Source: Paraspadella gotoi (taxonomy: Eukaryota > Animalia > Chaetognatha). Taken from it: 64,000 bases of DNA. The notes beneath the pieces were generated by a model, which saw only the letters and a list, made by a program, of their open reading frames with translations, was not told the origin of the DNA and made no database searches. Within the stretch, counting starts at the first letter, position 1. Every line of letters starts with the position of its first letter. The stretch is taken from assembly GCA_051294375.1 (NCBI GenBank), contig CM119267.1, forward strand, positions 17,834,992-17,898,991, given 5' to 3'. The position numbers and the translations under genes were made by a program. Shown piece by piece: positions 56,481 through 64,000 of the stretch.

Positions 56481-57006
56481 TTAGAAAAAAGGAAAAAGTA
56501 ACTTATATGCAGGCAATGTACATGTTACATCAACTTGCTGCTTACATATAGCTCTATATGGTCCGCAATCGCGGAATTAATTTAATACATATATAATTCT
56601 AACAAAAATTTTTTTTGTTTTTGTATTACTGTAACTGTTGAACGGTCGCCCCCTATCAAATTATATCTAAAATAGAGTTGAGAAGAGAGATATTGTCAAA
56701 CTTAACATTACTTTTTTGTTATTCTAATATTTTACATTTTAAAATTGTAAATTTAGATATATTTAATCAATTTTTATTTCTTTTTAAAATAATAATTATT
56801 TGAGTTGCGGATAATTGTATAAATAGATTAAGTTATGCAAATATGAATATTTGACCTCGTCTGGTTTCTTCTTAAAAAAAGAACATCTAATTTCATCCAA
56901 AGGAAAAGGAAAGTTCTCCCTACTCAGATACGTCAAAAACGAGTTCAGCTGCAGGCGTCCAGCTTCTGATTAATTATATAACACGAGAGTGAAATCTCTC
57001 TTCTTC

Positions 57007-57515
57007 CTGGAGTGCGGCGCCGAATTGAAGTGCGGCGCCGAACCCGAGTGCGGCGCCGAACCGGGAGAGCAGAACGCGAGCTGAATCGAGACAGTGAATC
57101 AGTCAAAAACTCTAGACGAAAAAAAAAAAAAAAGCTAATCCATCGACCTTTTATCGCCCCAAGTCGTCCGTCTACGTCACGAACCACGCCAAAGGTGAAT
57201 TCGTCAAGCTTAACCACGCCAGGCCCTTCCTCCGACGCCGCTCTATTCCACTGGACCCCACGCGAAGCTCGTTTCCGGGTTTCAAAAAGGCAGCACGAAC
57301 GATGGAAGGAAGAAGGTTAATGAATTAACCCCCCGTCGTCGTTGTCGTCGTCGTTGAAATATTTGTCGTCGTCGTTATCATCGCCAATTTAGTGGTTTTT
57401 CACACCATCGCAGAGACACGGTCCTCCTTTTCTTAATCTTCACGTTCCAGAGTCCAAAATCAAATCAAATCAGTATTGGTACAAATTGGTATAATAATTA
57501 TACAATTATACAATT
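57007..57515 (+). repeat. Further copy of ~24653-25190 / ~42951-43460
   Basis: Collinear match with abrupt junctions on both sides. Confidence 0.92.
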
Positions 57516-57519
57516 ATAA

Positions 57520-58512
57520 AAGAGGAGAGATAGACGAGAGACAACAAGACTGTTTGATATGATTCCCCATCTTAAAATCGCCGCCGATGAGAAAAAAGTA
57601 CGCTTCCCCCGCCCGATTTTCGATCATTTTTTTCCAAATTGTTTTTTTTTCCAAAAGAATACACTTGTCGTCGTTGTCTGTAGGATCTTTCGACGTCGTC
57701 GTCGTCGTCTTTGTTGTTCCGCCAAATATTTCTGACACATGAAAACAGAAATAAAATGATTTACAAAAAAAATGAAAAAAAAATTTCTTTCTTCGACGGA
57801 TTACATTTCGTCATAGCGGATAATATGATGATAAATAGTTTGCTAAAGTTATAACTGACATATTAGAAATTTTAGGAAAATTATAATTCGGAAAAGTAAA
57901 TTCACAAAACTGTTTAACCCAGATCAAGGCTCGAAATTACATCGAAACGATGTCCTTTTAATTTTGAAAATAATTCGTTGTAGAACAATATTAAATAGTT
58001 TTATTTCCGATAAAACTTAAAAGTTAACGAGATTATTTTTCGTCTCTGGGAGTTAAAAATCTTCTCATTGTTTCTAGTTTCAGTTCCGTTCGTCGAGCGC
58101 TCGCGGACAGGCGACGACGCAGCAGCAGCCAGCCGCATCAGGGCGCTTGGTTTCTCGCGCAATACGTATTTCTGCTGGCGTCGAAGATTAAAATTTTCGC
58201 GCCGCATCACTCGAATTCTTCGACGACCCGGCTTTTCAACGGCCCACTTTTGGACGCATCTTTTAAAATTCGGCGCCTACGTGGCAATTAACGATAAACG
58301 TCGCTCGTTCCCCGACAAAAATCGAGAACTTCAGGCGAAAGCGATCCGCAAAGCCAAGAAAGATTACCCCGATCGCTTTCTAAAGTCGCTAAAGTAACCA
58401 GTTATTTGCGTCTCTCTTAATCAACGATTTTCCGAGGAAACAGTGGGTTGCGAATGTATAAGCGAAATCAGACAGATTGAAGAGAGAGATTGAGAGAGAG
58501 AGAAGAGAGATT

Positions 58513-58566
<54 letters not shown>

Positions 58567-59428
58567 CGAGGAGAGAGCGAGAGGCGAGAGAGAGAGAGAG
58601 GCAGCGAAAGAGAGAGTAAAGAGAGAGAGCTTTGGCGCCACTTTTTTTCTGGATGTTTCAGTCAAGAGTTGGCCACCAGATACAAGAAAACAAACACTTT
58701 CACTCAGAAAATCTATACTCATATTATGAGTTATCCTTTTTCAACTTGAACGTAATCAGATCTTCTTGCATTCAATGGTTTATCCAAGCTCATCATCGGC
58801 CTCCTTCAAGAGAATCAACTCACTCATATCGTTGAAGGATCCAATTAACGGAAAAGCGATAGGCAAAGACGGAGGCGCCACCCCACCAAGTTTGGCAACG
58901 ACGCTGCTTCGTCGCCACGAGACTTTCTCGCAGACCCTGGTTATCGAAAAGAACGCTTCCGACGGTCTCGGCGTATTCCCAGACGGAAAATGAGGCATCG
59001 GCGACGTGGACGCCGACCGGCGCCGACAGAGCGAATAGATTGATTCTCGCTCTTTCGGCCAAGGAAATTTTCTGTACTGGGCAGTTCTACTTCACTCTTC
59101 TCTTCTCTCTCTCTCTCCTCTCTCTCATCTCTCTCTCTCTCTCTACTCTCTCTTCTCTCTTCTCTCTTCCTCTCTCATTCATCTCTCTTCATCTCTCTCT
59201 CTCTTCTCTTCACTCCATCAAATTTTTTCTAGTTTAATTCACAGGACCACGTAGAAAAAACAGATGGACTCAAAAACAATACAAGAATTTTGGCGCGGCG
59301 AAAGAAATTGCGGGAAACGGTCAAAACAAACCGGGGACGATAGACGAGATACAGAAGTTTGTTTCCAGATATGATTGGGGGCAAAGTTGGCGTGGGAAGA
59401 GAGTGGAAGAAAGTTGAAAGTGGAAAAG

Positions 59429-59495
<67 letters not shown>

Positions 59496-60265
59496 AGAGA
59501 GGAGACAGAGACGAAGCAGAGCAGAAGGCAAAGTAGTGGGAAAAGAAAGGGGGGAGATAATCCTTCCATTTTCCCGGCGAAATGTAGCGAAAAAATTATG
59601 TTACATGTCGAGAAATGTAATCTTGAAATGGGATGAGATGAGAGCGAAATCGAGTATTTGAGGCGGTTTCGCTATTTTATTGTGTAGCTTTGATTGAAAA
59701 ATATAATAATCACATGTTCCGTAAGATCAAAAGTTATTTTTAACATCTTAATATCAGCTTTTTCAACTTGTTGGGCTAAAAGATTCTGTGAAATATTTTG
59801 TTTTTAATCTTGTTGATATATTTTATTTCAATCTTTTTTAATTCTTTTTGTCATTCAAAACTTGGACATGGGAAATGAAGATGTGAAAAAACAAAAGTTA
59901 AAACAAAATCCAAAATATGTCGCGTTTTTGAGAAAGCGAATAAAAAAACAAAAAAAAAAAACTGCGCGATTGCTTGGTGGAAGAGAGCGACGTCCATTTC
60001 GAACGACGGGAGCGAACGACGTTGAGACGACGACGACGTTGAAGAGACGACGAGTGAAGACCCGAAGAGGACCGATTTCTCGGAAAAAGGAGGTTCCGTC
60101 GCGACTCAGAAACATCGAAACATAAAAGATAAAACAAAGAATAAGGGCGCTATAAAATGATAAGTTGATAGATTGAACGAAAAAAGACAACAAACAGAAA
60201 GTGGAGAGAGAGAGAAGAGAGATGAGAGAGAGGAGAGAGAGAGAGCAGAGAGGAGAGAGAGAGAG

Positions 60266-60301
<36 letters not shown>

Positions 60302-61768
60302 CGTTGGCTCACCTAATCAGCCATTCACAGCGTTTCGCGCGCCGGATGCACATCACCATAAACTCTACGTGACGAAATAGAAAACGTCGTGGATTCACCG
60401 GCGTCGCGTCTGGGAGACGTAGTCGAAAATGGGGGCCAGTTTACATTCGAATTGTAATGGGGAATGAGTAGTACATCCGGAAAATGGTACAATGGGAGAA
60501 ATACTTCGATATCGTAATGGTGGATAAGCGTAACATTTTGATTATAGCATGAAAAGAAGATTGGGATAAAATGACGTTGGTTGTTTTTATTTATAAGTAA
60601 AAACAATAACTAGTAATAACTATTACTAATGACATATCGAAATATACTTTTACCCACCTTGCTACTTTGTCTCTTTGTTACAATGAAAAGTTAGAATCAG
60701 ATGTTTTTTCTAGGTATTGTAAATGATAAGAATCGGTCTAATTTTTTAAACTTAACGTCAATAATCGTATTTTATTTCGACTCTTTCCTTTTTGCGATTA
60801 ACAATTTCATTAAAGGACGGATCGCGGTTCCATTCTGGAGTCGCTCCGTCTCACGGCGCGTCACTCCTTCAATGCAAATGGGATGTTTGCGGCGTGGCGC
60901 GCAAATTGACACAAATTAACGCGTCGGCTTGTACATAATTACGGACGAACGAGATTCGATTCGTCGGCTGATTAAGAATTCTTAGCCTCGATTTCGCATA
61001 CAAATTGTAGCAAAAAAAAAAAAGAGAAAAATAAATTCAAAACGAGGCCCCAGATACGATTAATTTAAAAGGGGGAAAAAAAATATGCATGATTTGTTCT
61101 TTGGAAAAAATGTTAAGATAGAATTTAGCGGTTGACTCTTGACGAGCTAACAATTATAATTTAATCATCGTCGAACGTGAGCGGACTAATCACCGATGAC
61201 CTGGCTCGACCCCTGAGGGGCAGAGGTGAACTTTTTGACACCGGTGGCGATAAAGGCGTCACGAAGAGGAGACTCATGGTCGTCTTTCGGGCGACGAAGT
61301 GTTGCGAGAGAAGGCTTGTGACTTGTGATGGTAGAGTGAAGATAAATATTCCAAATATTGACGGAGAAACGAAATTTAAGAAATCAAAAACGTAATGTAT
61401 TATCAAATAAAACAAGTTCAGCCAAACGAATGATCACCATTGAACGAAATTAATTCGATTCAAACTCTCACGCTTTTTCTTGTTTATTAACGAAGGAATC
61501 GAACAGGAGAAAAAAAGTCGCTACCTTCGATTCAATTACCCGACGCAAAAAAAGAAAAACGAAAAAAAAAAACGCGCGTACGCATCGATTCTCCTGGCGA
61601 GCGAGGAGGAAAACGAAGAAAAACCAAAACAACAACGGAATGCGCCAAAGAGGTCGGGCCCGGTAGTTTTTATGGCAATGCGTGCTCGCTCTCCTCTCTC
61701 TCCCCTCTACCGTATGATTGCTAAATCGGCCACTGGCCAAGGGTGGGTGAGGGGAAAAGGGGGGTATG

Positions 61769-61842
<74 letters not shown>

Positions 61843-62582
61843 AAGAGAGAGAGAGAGAGAGAGGAGAGAGTCCCGACGGCAGCTCCGATACCTCGACGGA
61901 CTTTATTGCTTCGCTACACGTAGAACATAAACCTTTTCGGCACAAGATGTCCGGCGACCGGGCGGAAGGTTGGGAGGTGCGAGGGGGTTTGGGTGATCCG
62001 CGGAAAAAGTGGGATTTGATCGGAGAAGTGAGAAAGGAAAGGAATGATAGGGTGGGAAGATAGAATAAGGGTGAAAAGAGTTGTTAATATAAGTGAAAAA
62101 AGGATAACAGAAATTAAAAAGAGGTAAAGAAAGAAGATGAGTGAAGAAAGGACAATGAAACCGTTAATATTTAAAAAATTTGCCGTTAAAACGAAACGGT
62201 AATGGGAAGTAAGGCAGATAATGTAAAGGGCAGAGTGAAAGGGGGAGGAGTAAAGACTTAAGAATATGGCGGCGGGAAAAAAAAAAAAAAGTGAAAAGAG
62301 ATAAATTTTGGTTTTTTGACGTGAGACGGAAGAAAAAGGTCGAAGCGAAAAAGGGTGAGGATTCGCGAATATAATCACGTGGTGGGCGACAGAAGATGTC
62401 GAAGCCATCGGCGGTGGGAAACTGGCTTCGTGTGGAACCCATAGTTTGGCGTGGGCGGAGTGTGGGCGGAGTGTGGTAGCCGCGGTGGAGAGTGAGGTCG
62501 GGGATGTTTTCGAGCGCCGGGAAATGGGGGGGGAAAGAAACAGGATTCTGGACTCAAGCAGATAACCGATGAAGTTGTGTGA

Positions 62583-62620
<38 letters not shown>

Positions 62621-62624
62621 AGAG

Positions 62625-62686
<62 letters not shown>

Positions 62687-64000
62687 GAGAGCACAGAAAA
62701 CAAAATGAGAAACAGAAAGAAAGGAATACCAGAGAAAAAACTGCAAGAACCTGCAGGAATGACAATAATAAACAGAGCGGAAAAAGGTTTATTTCTTTGA
62801 GAGAACAAAAATAGGGCGGGCGAAGGAGAAGATTAAAGAGAGGGACACAAGGCAAAGGAGAAGGCGAAGGCGAAAGCGAAGGCGAAGACTAAGGCGAAGA
62901 CTAAAATTTTGAGAAAGGTGAGGGAAGAGCAAAGGCGACAACGAAGATGAAAGAGAAAACAAAAGCAAGGCAAAAGAGAAGACGAGCGAAATAGACGAAA
63001 ACAAAGGCGAAGAGGCAACAGGCGAAGAGCAAAAGGCGAAGAGCAAAAGGGCGAAGAGCAAAGGCGAAGAGCAAAGGCGAATAGGCAAAGGCGAAGAGCA
63101 AAGGCGAAGAGCAAAGGCGAAATTCAGCGAAAGAAGCGAAATGAGATTCGACGAAGGATAACGTTTTTTTTTTTCCATTTGATGCCAGTAATAAACTCTG
63201 AATCGCCGAACGACCGAGCGACACCGACGCCGCTAAAAAATGAGACGTAATATTTTATAAAAAAGAGGAGGAGGAGGAGGAGGAGGAAGGAGTTAGTACG
63301 AGATGGGCGTGGCAACCGAGAGTTTACGCGCCACGAGGTCTCCAGGCGCGAGACGTGTGTTTATTGTGGTCTACTTATTTTTTAATTTAATGCGTTGGGT
63401 TTTTTGATCCACTTTTATTTTGTCTGTTTATTTTGATCCAGTCTTTTTTTTTTGGTGGGGCGGGGCGTGGGAAGTCGTTCCCGCCAAAGTAAGCGGGATG
63501 GAGGTGAGGAGCGGGGAGATGATTGTGGGGCGAAAGAGGGAGTAGGGTGCGGGCTGGGGGGGGGGAACTTCGTCGTCGGAAAATCGTCTTTTCCTCGTCG
63601 ATGATGAACGAGGTCGAACGTGAGTAGACGAAAGAGGCCGAATCCGAGCCGGAGGTGGACCCGACCTGGATGCGGCGCCGAATTGAAGTGGCGGCGCCGA
63701 ACCCGAGTGCGGCGCCGAACCGGGAGAGCAGAACGCGAGCTGAATCGAGACAGTGAATCAGTCAAAAATTAGACGAAAAAAAAAAAAAAAGCTAATTCAT
63801 CGACCTTTTATCGCCAAGTCGTCCGTCTATCGTAACAACGCCAAAGGTGAATTCGTCAAGCTTAACCAGCCAGGTCCCTTCCCGATGGCGCCGCTCTATT
63901 CCACTGGACCCCACGGCGAAGCTTGTTTCCGGGTTTCAAAAAGGCAGCACGAACGATGGAAAGGAAGAAGGTTAATGAATTTAACCCCCGTCGTCGTTGT
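57520..64000 (+). repeat. Direct copy of ~14810-19710 plus ~23372-25010, lacking both transposon insertions
   Basis: Collinear match with empty hAT site (~62411) and empty MULE site (~63545). Confidence 0.94.

Noticed and set aside
57011-57060. CRISPR-like repeat-spacer pattern (also the 13-mer array)
   Set aside because: Repeats of 13-14 bp with 0-4-bp spacers are far too short, there are no cas genes, and the context is eukaryotic

Overview
Eukaryotic (probably invertebrate) AT-rich draft-assembly sequence, saturated with (AG/CT)n and (GAC/GTC)n microsatellites and containing six N-gaps. Almost all ORFs in the track are simple-repeat or N-gap read-throughs, and I recognise no named gene. 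Much of the window is one locus (about 10.1-29.0 kb) re-appearing as an inverted copy (30.07-37.85 kb) and direct copies (29.04-30.05, 37.88-47.6, 57.0-57.5, 57.5-64.0 kb). Several features point to false duplication from long-read gap filling: three exact 25-N gaps, a mirror segment that shares read errors, and indel-type divergence. Comparing the copies exposes insertion polymorphisms with empty sites: (i) a 3.65-kb hAT-like non-autonomous element with an 8-bp TSD that carries a nested 2.15-kb Tc1/mariner-like foldback element, and (ii) a ~1-kb palindromic Mutator-like element. Two Helentron/HINE-like families and a phase-consistent multi-exon minus-strand gene of unknown product (about 49.3-54.4 kb) are also present. 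I found no convincing novel biological system. The best leads are the nested polymorphic transposons and a speculative intron-end pairing pattern.
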